From Anaerolineae bacterium (GTDB lineage: Bacteria > Chloroflexota > Anaerolineae > UBA4142), in NCBI GenBank assembly GCA_034433515.1, contig DAOUAL010000065.1:6688-70687 (forward strand): a DNA stretch of 64,000 nucleotides, read 5' to 3'. Positions 9,661 to 17,943 of this stretch are shown piece by piece (the stretch's first letter is position 1; every line of letters begins with the position of its first letter). The notes below the pieces were generated by a model. The model saw nothing but the letters and a program-made list of their open reading frames with translations, did no database searches and was not told the DNA's origin. Made by a program: the position numbers and the translations under genes.

Positions 9661-11685
9661 TTATGCTGGCACCGGCTCGGCGGCTTCTGCCTCGATATGT
9701 TCGGCGCCATTGCCCCACGTGCCCAAAATGCCTTCGATCTGCGCCAAGATTTGTGTGTTGGTAAAGTGAGAGCCGGTGATCGCGCCCGCCGGACACGCCG
9801 CGACGCACGTCCCGCAACCTTGACACAATGCCGGGTTGACCTCGCTCACCTTGCGATCTTCGATGAAGGTGATCGCGTTGAACGGGCACAGACTGTTGCA
9901 AATGCGACAACCCGAGCATTTCGCTTGATCGACACTGGCGCGGACCGGTTCCAACGTAACTTGCTTTTGACCGATCAGACCCAACACCCGCGCCGCCGCC
10001 GCCGCTCCTTGGGCGACGGAAGAGGGAATATCCTTGGGACCCTGACACACACCCGCGATGAAAATGCCTTCGGTCATCGTAGCGACTGGATCGAGTTTGG
10101 GGTGGCGTTCGATAAACCAACCATTCGCGCTACACGAGATACCAAATTTCTTGGCGACCTCCTTGGAATCGGCGCGTGGTTGCATCGCGGCAGACAGAAT
10201 GACCATATCTACCGGCACCCGCAACTGTCTGCCGGCTAAGGTGTCTTCAACCTGAATGATCAACTTGCCTTCTTCGCCGGGAAAGCGCGGCGCATCGGTT
10301 ACCTCCGCGACTTTGCCACGAATGAAATGCACGCCTTCGTCGAGAACGCGGCGATAAAATTCATCATAGGTTTTGCCCGGCGTACGAATGTCAATGTAAA
10401 AGTTGTACACCTTGGCGCCGGTCTTTTCCTTGACCAAGTGAGCAAATTTTAGACTTTGCATACAACAAATCGCCGAGCAATCTACATTGTATTTAATATC
10501 GCGGCTGCCAACGCAATGGATGATGCCAACGGTCTGTGGCACGGTTACACCATCGCGCAAAACGATTTTGCCACCGGTGGGTCCCGCCGTGTTCGATAAT
10601 CGCTCGAATTCCAAATTCGTGATCACGTTTGCGAGGCGTCCATAGCCGTAATGCGGAATGCGGCGCGCGTCAAAGAGTTCATAGCCGGTCGCTAGAATCA
10701 CATTGCCCACTTGAACGGTGAGCATTTCGTCTTGTTGATTGAAATCAATCGCGCCGGTCGGACAGAATTTTTCGCACGCTTTGCACGTACCACGTTGAAA
10801 GTAAATACAGTTGGCGACATCAATCACCGGATATTTGGGGACGGCTTGCGGGAACGGGGTATAAATGGCTTTGCGTGTGCCCATGCCAACTTCGAACACG
10901 GTATCAATTACTTTTTTGGGGCATTTTTCTTCGCAGACGCCGCAACCGGTGCATTTCTCGGTGTTCACCTTGCGCGCCTTTTTGCGAATCTGCACGGTGA
11001 AATTGCCGACACAACCATCCACCTTTTCAACTTCGCTCCACGTGAGCAAGGTGATGTTGGGATGGGTGCCTGCGGTGAACATCTTGGGCGTGAGAATACA
11101 CGCGGCGCAATCGAGCGTGGGAAATGTTTTATCGAACTGCGCCATATGTCCGCCAATCGAAGGTTCGCGTTCGACGAGATAGACATGACTGCCTTGATCC
11201 GCGATTTCCAACGCGGCTTGAATCCCGGCGATGCCACCCCCCACGATCAGTACGTTGGGATTGATGTCCACGATGATCGGCTCGAGGGGTTGATGATGCA
11301 CCACGCGGCGCACGCCGCCGGCGATCAAGGCTTTGGCTTTTTCGGTGGCAAGGGCTTTGTCTTTGGTGACCCAGGAGACTTGCTCGCGAATCGAAACCAT
11401 TTCGAACAAGTACGGGTTTAGCCCGGCGCGTTTGCACGCATTGCGGAACGTCAATTCGTGCAGGTGCGGTGAGCACGCCGCGACGACGATGCGCGTCAAT
11501 CCCAAATCCTTGATGTCTTTTTCGATGATCTCTTGACCGGGGCTGGAGCACATAAACTTGTACTCGCGGGCTACGCGCACATCGGGCAAATTGTCCTCTG
11601 CCCATTTGGCAACGTCAACAACATCAACCACGCCGGCAATGTTGCTCCCACAATGACAAACATAGACGCCAACTTTTTCTGCCAT
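9661..11685 (-). CDS. hdrA: HdrA-like FAD/FeS flavoprotein (heterodisulfide reductase subunit A paralog 1)
   Basis: MAEKVGVYVCHCGSNIAG, GGGIAGIQAALE, HCVGSRD, C-terminal 2x CX2CX2CX3CP; ATG 11685 preceded by GGAGGA. The longer ORF to 11769 only translates a repeat array. Confidence 0.85.
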   Translation of the reverse strand: MAEKVGVYVCHCGSNIAGVVDVVDVAKWAEDNLPDVRVAREYKFMCSSPGQEIIEKDIKDLGLTRIVVAACSPHLHELTFRNACKRAGLNPYLFEMVSIREQVSWVTKDKALATEKAKALIAGGVRRVVHHQPLEPIIVDINPNVLIVGGGIAGIQAALEIADQGSHVYLVEREPSIGGHMAQFDKTFPTLDCAACILTPKMFTAGTHPNITLLTWSEVEKVDGCVGNFTVQIRKKARKVNTEKCTGCGVCEEKCPKKVIDTVFEVGMGTRKAIYTPFPQAVPKYPVIDVANCIYFQRGTCKACEKFCPTGAIDFNQQDEMLTVQVGNVILATGYELFDARRIPHYGYGRLANVITNLEFERLSNTAGPTGGKIVLRDGVTVPQTVGIIHCVGSRDIKYNVDCSAICCMQSLKFAHLVKEKTGAKVYNFYIDIRTPGKTYDEFYRRVLDEGVHFIRGKVAEVTDAPRFPGEEGKLIIQVEDTLAGRQLRVPVDMVILSAAMQPRADSKEVAKKFGISCSANGWFIERHPKLDPVATMTEGIFIAGVCQGPKDIPSSVAQGAAAAARVLGLIGQKQVTLEPVRASVDQAKCSGCRICNSLCPFNAITFIEDRKVSEVNPALCQGCGTCVAACPAGAITGSHFTNTQILAQIEGILGTWGNGAEHIEAEAAEPVPA

Positions 11686-11696
11686 ATTTCCTCCAA

Positions 11697-11768
11697 GACA
11701 GTGGTCAGTAGTCGGTGGACAGTGGTCAGTTTCCTGTTCACTGACCACTATCCACTGTCCCCTGTCCA
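11697..11768. repeat. Heptamer-periodic array with inverted halves (CAGTGGT.. then CACTGAC..); core hairpin 11717-11753
   Basis: GGACAGTGGTCAG / CTGACCACTATCC pair with 1 mismatch; fills the spacer between the membrane FeS gene and hdrA. Confidence 0.8.
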
Positions 11769-13718
11769 CTACAATGCTTCATTCACCAACTCGATTAAAT
11801 CTTTCACGACCAACCGCGCTTCGCTGCCGGTCGTTTTGACCGCATCGCGGAACAGGGTTACATCTTTGGGGCACGCGGTCACAAAAACCGATACCGTATC
11901 TAGGGTGAGCGCCTCACGAATGCGCGCTTCGCTGGGCCGTTCTTTGACCGTGCCTTCCTCCATCCAAATACGTCCGCCGCCGGCTCCGCAACACAGCGCG
12001 CGATCACCGTGCCGTGGCATCTCGACGAGCCGACAACCGGTCGCTTCGATCACGCGGCGCGGCGCATCGTAGATTCCGTTGTACCGACCGAGATAGCAGG
12101 GATCGTGATAGGTAACGGTGTAAGGGAGTTTCTTGCTGAATTTCAATTTGCCTGAAGTAATCAGCGTGTCCAACAACTCGGCGTAATGCCAGACCTCATT
12201 TGTTATGCGTGGATATTCATGTCTCAACGTGTTGTACGTGTGTGGATCGGTGGTAACAATCGTTTTGAAATTTGCCTTGCTCATCGCCTCCATATTTTTC
12301 TCGACGAGCATTTCAAAGAGACCTTCTTCGCCCACGCGGCGCACATCGTTGCCGGCATTGCGCTCGCCTTCGTACAAAATTCCAAAATCGAGTCCGGCTT
12401 TTTGGAACACGTGCGCAGTCTGGCGCGTGATTTCGATGACGCTGGGACTGTACGATGCATAATCGCCAACGAACCACAGGTACTCGACCGGCTCTTTGCG
12501 TGCATCTTTAATCTTGGGCAGCACCGGTTGTGCCCACTTGGCGCGATTGCGTTCCGATTGTCCAAACGAGTTGCCATAGCGTCCCAGTTTGGCGAGCGCG
12601 TCTTGGAGCATTTCGTCCATTCGCCCTTCGCTGACCAAATAGCGGCGCATATCCACAATCGCTTTGACGCGCTGGATAAACAGTGGGCATTCCTGATCGC
12701 AGGCGTAACACGTGGTACACGACCACAATACTTGCTCCGAGACTACCTCCGGAATTAAGGTTTGCGTTTGGGGTGCTGTGAGATGTTCGCGCAGATTCAT
12801 CATCAATAATTTAGGCGAGAGTGGCAGACCACTGTTGTACGCCGGGCAGACATCTTGACACCGACCGCATTCGGTACACGTGTAGAAATCGAGCATCTGC
12901 CGCCAACGAAATTGATTGACCGTACTCACGCCCACTTTGCCATCAAACTCTGGTGATTTGGGTAAACGACCCGGCGGCGTGAGATCGCGCAGAAAAACGG
13001 CAGGCACCGAGGTAACGATATGAAAATGTTTGCCTGCCGGTAATTCGGTGAGGAAAAAGAGGACAACCCCCAAATGAATCCAGTACGCGATTTCGCCGAC
13101 GATGAATTGCGCGTTGATGTCCAGTGTTGCAAATGGCAAACCGACCAACATCGAAATGGGCCGCCATGCCGCTAATGTATCCTTGCCTAGATTGATGTTG
13201 ATGCCGTTGAATACGAGCAGACTTAGCATAATTGTCATGATGAACGACAAGACCATAATGCCCTGGTTTTTGTGACTGCCCCTGTAGCGTTCGGGATTGA
13301 CGATGATGCGTAGATACAAGGCATAGGTTACGGCGATGATGACAAACAGCGCAAAGAAATCTTGAATTAGTGCGAGCAGACCCCACTCGCCGATGATCGG
13401 TAACTTGAAATGCGGATCAATGAATGCCAACAACCCTTCGGCGATGGCTTGCAGGATAGTGAGCGAGAGCAGGATGAATCCCCAAAAGATGAAAAAGTGT
13501 GCGATGCCGGGAATGCGGACTCGAAACAAGCGGAGTTGACCGGCGACATAGGCGATTACACCTTTGATGCGCTCGCCCCATTGACCAAATGCTTCTGGGC
13601 TGGGTTGTCCACGTCGTAGATTGATCCACAACAAGCGATAGACGCGCCAACCAAACACGCCGCCAGCGAGTAACAATCCGATCAAGACAAGCAGACTTTT
13701 GATCATCTCATAGTTCAT
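11769..13718 (-). CDS. Membrane-bound FeS oxidoreductase: 5-6 TM His-containing domain fused to HdrD/DsrK-like module (2x[4Fe-4S] + 2 CCG)
   Basis: 649 aa; CTECGRCQDVCP, CTTCYACDQECP, HDPCYLGR, CCGAGGG; hydrophobic N-terminal third; RBS GGAGAG. Confidence 0.8.
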   Translation of the reverse strand: MNYEMIKSLLVLIGLLLAGGVFGWRVYRLLWINLRRGQPSPEAFGQWGERIKGVIAYVAGQLRLFRVRIPGIAHFFIFWGFILLSLTILQAIAEGLLAFIDPHFKLPIIGEWGLLALIQDFFALFVIIAVTYALYLRIIVNPERYRGSHKNQGIMVLSFIMTIMLSLLVFNGININLGKDTLAAWRPISMLVGLPFATLDINAQFIVGEIAYWIHLGVVLFFLTELPAGKHFHIVTSVPAVFLRDLTPPGRLPKSPEFDGKVGVSTVNQFRWRQMLDFYTCTECGRCQDVCPAYNSGLPLSPKLLMMNLREHLTAPQTQTLIPEVVSEQVLWSCTTCYACDQECPLFIQRVKAIVDMRRYLVSEGRMDEMLQDALAKLGRYGNSFGQSERNRAKWAQPVLPKIKDARKEPVEYLWFVGDYASYSPSVIEITRQTAHVFQKAGLDFGILYEGERNAGNDVRRVGEEGLFEMLVEKNMEAMSKANFKTIVTTDPHTYNTLRHEYPRITNEVWHYAELLDTLITSGKLKFSKKLPYTVTYHDPCYLGRYNGIYDAPRRVIEATGCRLVEMPRHGDRALCCGAGGGRIWMEEGTVKERPSEARIREALTLDTVSVFVTACPKDVTLFRDAVKTTGSEARLVVKDLIELVNEAL

Positions 13719-13738
13719 CGGAACTCTCCGTTCGTATC

Positions 13739-13801
13739 GGGGGCGAAGGACAGGTGCACGCTTTGCCCGACCACTCTAGCGAAGAAAGTTCCTTCGCCCC
13801 C
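13739..13801. other. Intercistronic hairpin, 12-bp perfect GC-rich arms (GGGGGCGAAGGA/TCCTTCGCCCCC), 39-nt loop
   Basis: Read directly between etfA stop and membrane FeS gene start. Confidence 0.6.
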
Positions 13802-13810
13802 ATGCCCTCG

Positions 13811-14782
13811 TCATCCCTTCGCTTGTTGCACCTTCTCTGTCAGCACGGGTAACAAATCCAGCATATCAATAGACGCGCCGAACTTGGCGAGATCGAAAAT
13901 GGGTGCGCTGGTGTCGGTGTTGACCGCGATGATCAGTTCGCTATCGCCGATGGCTTCGGTATGTTCGGGTGCGCCGCTGATGCCCAGCGCGAGATACAAT
14001 TTGGGTTTGACCGCTTTGCCGGACTTGCCAACCAGCCGCGTCGGCGCGAGCCAACCTTGATCAATCACCGGGCGCGAGGCGCAAACGACGCCACCCAACG
14101 CACGCGCTAATTCTTCCGCTAGTTCGATATTGTCTTGATTCTGAATACCACGCCCAATCGAAACCAAGATGGGTTCGCGCGCAATATCCACATCGCCTAC
14201 CGCCGGCTCGATATACTCTGTGACCGAGACGTGCAAATCGTCGAGTGTGGGTGCATCGAGGCGGACAAGTTCCGGCGATTGTGCGGCACGCCCTTGTTCC
14301 GGTTTGTAGCCGCCCGGTACCATCATCACCAGTGCCGATGGTGCGGGCAGATCGCCTTCTGCCAACAGTTTGCCACCGCAAATTTGGCTGACGAATTTGA
14401 GTGCTGTACCTTCGGCGCGTACGGTGCGGCACGCGCTAACCAACGGCAGACCCAAACGCGTCGAGAGCCACGCCGCCACATCGCCGCCAATGGTTGTATC
14501 GCCGAACAAGACCGCGCGCGGCGCGTGTTCTTTGAGCACGGTTTCCAAGGTGCGTTGGTACGCGTCCGACGAAAAATCGGCGAATGCGGGATGCTCGATG
14601 TACCACACCTGGTCTGCGGCGAGATCGGATGCCAATGGTTCAACATCGTGTCCCAACAACAGGGCGATGACCTTGCCGCCGGTCACGTTTGCCATCGCTC
14701 GTGCCGCCGCCAGCATCACGTACGAAATATCCATCACTTGTCTGCGCAAGTGTTCGATGACAACGCAAATATCTGGGTTCAT
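13811..14782 (-). CDS. etfA: Electron transfer flavoprotein alpha subunit
   Basis: C-terminal LYLALGISGAPEHTEAI..AVNTD..APIF FAD-binding motif; ATG 14782 preceded by AGGAG. Confidence 0.9.
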   Translation of the reverse strand: MNPDICVVIEHLRRQVMDISYVMLAAARAMANVTGGKVIALLLGHDVEPLASDLAADQVWYIEHPAFADFSSDAYQRTLETVLKEHAPRAVLFGDTTIGGDVAAWLSTRLGLPLVSACRTVRAEGTALKFVSQICGGKLLAEGDLPAPSALVMMVPGGYKPEQGRAAQSPELVRLDAPTLDDLHVSVTEYIEPAVGDVDIAREPILVSIGRGIQNQDNIELAEELARALGGVVCASRPVIDQGWLAPTRLVGKSGKAVKPKLYLALGISGAPEHTEAIGDSELIIAVNTDTSAPIFDLAKFGASIDMLDLLPVLTEKVQQAKG

Positions 14783-14815
14783 TGTTTCTCCTCTCAAAGT
14801 ATGAAAATTCCAACT

Positions 14816-15580
14816 TTACAGCACGCCGTGTTCCTTGAAAATTTCTACCAACCGCGTTGCCACCGTGTCGGCGTCGCCTTCGATCATCGTGGCGCGCGTG
14901 CTGACTTGAGGCTGGAACAATCGCACCGCGAGTGGCGCACCGGCAGTTTCCAATTCCATCGCCGGGAATTTTTCAAGGGTGGCACTTTTCATGGTCGCAC
15001 GGATTTTGCTGATGGGAACATAGCGCGGTGGTTTTTCGGCGGCTTGGATGCCCAGGACGGCTGGCAACATCACTTGCATTTCCGCGATCAAGCCGCCGGG
15101 AAATTCTTTGCGAATCTGGACGCTACCATCACAGACTATCACGCCGGAAACGTATCCGACATACGGCAGACCCAGATGCTCTGCCAGTTGCGGACCGACT
15201 GCGCCATCCAGATCGTTGTGGGCTTGGACGCCGGTGAGAATGAGTTCAGGGCGCAGGGTTTTGATAAAGTTGGCAAAGACACGTGCCAAGGCATGATTGT
15301 TCACTCCACGTTGCCAATTCCCAGTGAGTTTGACCAGCCGATCCGCACCTTTGGCAGCAGCGGTGAACAACACCTCATCAATACCTTCGATGTCTGGTGC
15401 AACAACCGTTACCGTGCCTGTGCCTTTCTCTTTGAGCAGAATCGCTTGTTCGATAGCGTGATCATCAAACTCGTTGAGTTTCAAGCGTAATGCGTCAGAG
15501 TCGAGTTTGGTGCCGCTGGCATCAATGACCAGTTCTTCAACGAGATCGGGAACCATCTTGATGGGGACGACTAGATTCAT
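14816..15580 (-). CDS. etfB: Electron transfer flavoprotein beta subunit
   Basis: MNLVVPIKMVPD.. typical EtfB N-terminus. ATG 15580 follows GAAGAGG. The upstream ORF extension only translates the octamer array. Confidence 0.9.
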   Translation of the reverse strand: MNLVVPIKMVPDLVEELVIDASGTKLDSDALRLKLNEFDDHAIEQAILLKEKGTGTVTVVAPDIEGIDEVLFTAAAKGADRLVKLTGNWQRGVNNHALARVFANFIKTLRPELILTGVQAHNDLDGAVGPQLAEHLGLPYVGYVSGVIVCDGSVQIRKEFPGGLIAEMQVMLPAVLGIQAAEKPPRYVPISKIRATMKSATLEKFPAMELETAGAPLAVRLFQPQVSTRATMIEGDADTVATRLVEIFKEHGVL

Positions 15581-15597
15581 CGTTATACCTCTTCGAG

Positions 15598-15725
15598 TTT
15601 CATCGTTGGGTCGTTGCATCGTTAGATCGTTGGGTCGTTGTATCGTTGCATCGTTAGATTGTTGCCTCCTTTGCCACGAGGTTGAACGAATCAACGCTGT
15701 AACGAACCGACGATGCAACGATTCG
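15598..15725. repeat. Octamer-periodic array (nnnTCGTT x8) followed by its inverse (nnCAACGn x5)
   Basis: Read directly; TCGTTGCATCGT (15611-15622 and 15643-15654) is the exact complement of ACGATGCAACGA (15710-15721). Confidence 0.85.
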
Positions 15726-15726
15726 C

Positions 15727-16926
15727 TTATCCGATAGACTCGGCTAACAATTCAACAATGTCGCGCACTTCCATCCCGCTTGCTTCGCGCACGGTCTTGA
15801 CCGCATCTTCAAAACGAGGTGGCTCGTACGGACACGCGACCACGAGGGTGGTTGCTTCTACGGCAATTGCTTCGCGGACGCGCCACTCTGAAGTTCGCGT
15901 GTGCGCCTTTTCCCAATGGAAACCTTCCAGCCACATACCGCCACCACCGCCGCCACAACACAAACTGGTTTCGCGCGTGTGCGACATTTCAACAAGGGTA
16001 ATGCCAGGAATGGCTTGCAACAGACGGCGGGGCTCGTCGTAAACCTTGTTGGCGCGACCCAAGTAACACGGATCGTGAAAAGTAATTTTGCCAGTCTCGA
16101 CCGGCTTGAGCATGGGCTGGAGTTGATCGAGGCGTTCGACTAGAAACTGGGTCACGTGGCGGACGGGATAAGTGATGTCGAGTGTGGGATAGACGTTTTT
16201 GAACGCGTTGAACGCGTGTGGATCCGTAGTGATGATTTCGTTGAAACTGTACTTGCGGAAGGCTTGCCCATTCTTGGTGGCGAGCATTTCAAATAAACCG
16301 CGTTCACCGGCAAGTCGTTGCGAATCACCGTCACCGACTTCTTCTGGACCCAGAATGGCAAAATCTACCTTGAGCGCGTTAAGAATCTTTGCCAAGGCAC
16401 GGCTGGTGGCTTGAACGCGTGGATGGTACGAAGCATAATCACCAACATACCACAACACGTCTGCCGATTTCTTGTCCTTGCCGAAAATGGGGACGGTGGC
16501 TTGGAGGCCCTTGGTCCAGTCCGCACGTTTGCGGGGCGATTGACCCAGGACATTGCCATAGCGTTGCGAGTTTTCGAGCGCGAGTTGGAGTTCGGCGGGG
16601 ACTTGGGCGGCGAGGAGCATTTCTTCTTTGGCGCGCGTCATTAATTTCTCGGTGAGCGGAATGCCGGACGGGCAGACTTCGGTGCAGGCGTAACACGCGA
16701 CGCACATCCAAACGGTGTCCGTTTTCATCACGCGATCAAAAATTTCGGAACGCAAGGCGGCGATCATGCGCCCCGGCGGATAATCCATCACATAACCAAA
16801 GGGACACACCCCGCTACACATACCGCATTGCAAACACATGCGGATGCGTTCGCCGGTGGGCGGGGTTTGCAGACTGGTGTAGAACGCCTCGTTGAACGAA
16901 GGATTGGTTAGCGTAGGAATCGTCAT
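15727..16926 (-). CDS. Soluble HdrD/GlcF/DsrK-like FeS protein (2x[4Fe-4S] + 2 CCG domains)
   Basis: CLQCGMCSGVCP, CVACYACTEVCP, HDPCYLGR, CCGGGGG; clear paralog of residues ~270-649 of the 11769-13718 product; RBS GAGGAGG. Confidence 0.8.
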   Translation of the reverse strand: MTIPTLTNPSFNEAFYTSLQTPPTGERIRMCLQCGMCSGVCPFGYVMDYPPGRMIAALRSEIFDRVMKTDTVWMCVACYACTEVCPSGIPLTEKLMTRAKEEMLLAAQVPAELQLALENSQRYGNVLGQSPRKRADWTKGLQATVPIFGKDKKSADVLWYVGDYASYHPRVQATSRALAKILNALKVDFAILGPEEVGDGDSQRLAGERGLFEMLATKNGQAFRKYSFNEIITTDPHAFNAFKNVYPTLDITYPVRHVTQFLVERLDQLQPMLKPVETGKITFHDPCYLGRANKVYDEPRRLLQAIPGITLVEMSHTRETSLCCGGGGGGMWLEGFHWEKAHTRTSEWRVREAIAVEATTLVVACPYEPPRFEDAVKTVREASGMEVRDIVELLAESIG

Positions 16927-16938
16927 CTAAAAACCTCC

Positions 16939-17148
16939 TCAATTGCGCTCGAGCGAATCGGTTGAGTTACTTGAGCAAAGGTAGATAGAACTACGGCCGC
17001 CGGCAGTGTGGCGGTAGGGATGGGGTGGGGGCAAAACGATGGCAAGGGTTGGCGTGGGGGTTGGTGTGGCAACGGGAGCGCAGGCAACGCCAATGCAGGC
17101 GATCAGTACAGCACAGCCCAAAACGCACAGGCGCAGGGTGTTGCGCAT
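16939..17148 (-). CDS. Small putative lipoprotein (69 aa)
   Basis: MRNTLRLCVLGCAVLIAC: signal peptide with lipobox-like LIAC, then TPTPTP linker. RBS GGAGGTG is 7 nt upstream. Its stop overlaps the RBS of the next gene. No recognised family. Confidence 0.35.
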   Translation of the reverse strand: MRNTLRLCVLGCAVLIACIGVACAPVATPTPTPTLAIVLPPPHPYRHTAGGRSSIYLCSSNSTDSLERN

Positions 17149-17294
17149 ATATCCCACCTCCCTTGGGAAAAACCATTTCCCATCTATAGTTTACAATGTT
17201 TGGTGTGGCACGACCATACGGGACGGAGGGTATTTTTGAAATACTCTGCGCATGGTAGGGGGAAACTAGGAGGAAACAATAAGCGGGGTGACGG

Positions 17295-17942
17295 TTAGGC
17301 TTTGACAATGCCCGCGCGAATGGCGTACTTGATTAATTCAGCGGTGTTGTGCACGCCAAGTTTTTCCATAATGTTGCTGCGATGCGTGTCCACCGTTTTG
17401 ACGCTGATTCCCAGACGGTCGGCAATCTCGCGGTTGATCAACCCTTCGGCGATGAGTTGCACGATTTGAATCTCGCGGTCCGTCAGCATGGGTGAGGGTT
17501 GGCTGGCTTTGGCGGATTCGGCGAGTGCGTTGACGAGCGCAGAGGTAATACTGGGTTGCAGATAAGCACCGTGTTCATACACGGTGCGAATCGCGGTGGT
17601 CAGTTCGTTGGCGCGTGCATCCTTGGTAATGTAGCCGACCGCGCCGGCATGCAAGAGCGGCAAGATATATTCCTTGTTCTCGTGTTGGGTCAAGACCAGA
17701 ATGCGCGTCAAAGGGGATCGGGCGTGAATCTCGCGCGTTGCGTCCAAGCCATTCATTCCCGGCATCGCAATATCCATCAACACAACGTCTGGCTTGAGCC
17801 GAAGGACCGCCTCAATGGCATGCTTGCCATCTGCCGCTTCGCCGACCACTTGCATATCTTCGCGGCGCGCGAGCAAGGCGCAAATCCCTTCGCGTACAAT
17901 GGCGTGATCATCCACCACGAGAACACGAATCGGTTGTGCCAT
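17295..17942 (-). CDS. NarL/LuxR-family response regulator (REC + HTH)
   Basis: VLVVDDH..DVVLMDIAMPGMNG receiver; C-terminal LTDREIQIV..GL.NREIA..L.IS.KTV.THR LuxR HTH. Confidence 0.9.
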   Translation of the reverse strand: MAQPIRVLVVDDHAIVREGICALLARREDMQVVGEAADGKHAIEAVLRLKPDVVLMDIAMPGMNGLDATREIHARSPLTRILVLTQHENKEYILPLLHAGAVGYITKDARANELTTAIRTVYEHGAYLQPSITSALVNALAESAKASQPSPMLTDREIQIVQLIAEGLINREIADRLGISVKTVDTHRSNIMEKLGVHNTAELIKYAIRAGIVKA

Positions 17943-17943
17943 C

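Noticed and set aside
11686-11769. N-terminal ORF extensions (hdrA to 11769, etfB to 15718, mvhG to 24819, creatininase-like to 54371, dioxygenase to 40649, SBP to 44621)
   Set aside because: The extensions translate repeat arrays or overlap upstream genes. Internal starts have strong GGAGG-type RBSs and match the family N-termini.
14135-15490. 451-aa plus-strand ORF
   Set aside because: It is antisense to the well-supported etfA and etfB genes. Its product is Arg/His/Gln-rich and low in complexity, with no recognisable motif, which is typical of a shadow ORF in GC-biased coding sequence.
17228-17250. Weak AT-rich hairpin (GTATTT-TTG-AAATAC) as terminator of response regulator 1
   Set aside because: The stem is short and AT-rich with a G.U pair, and no clear U-tract follows. 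It is not strong enough to call.
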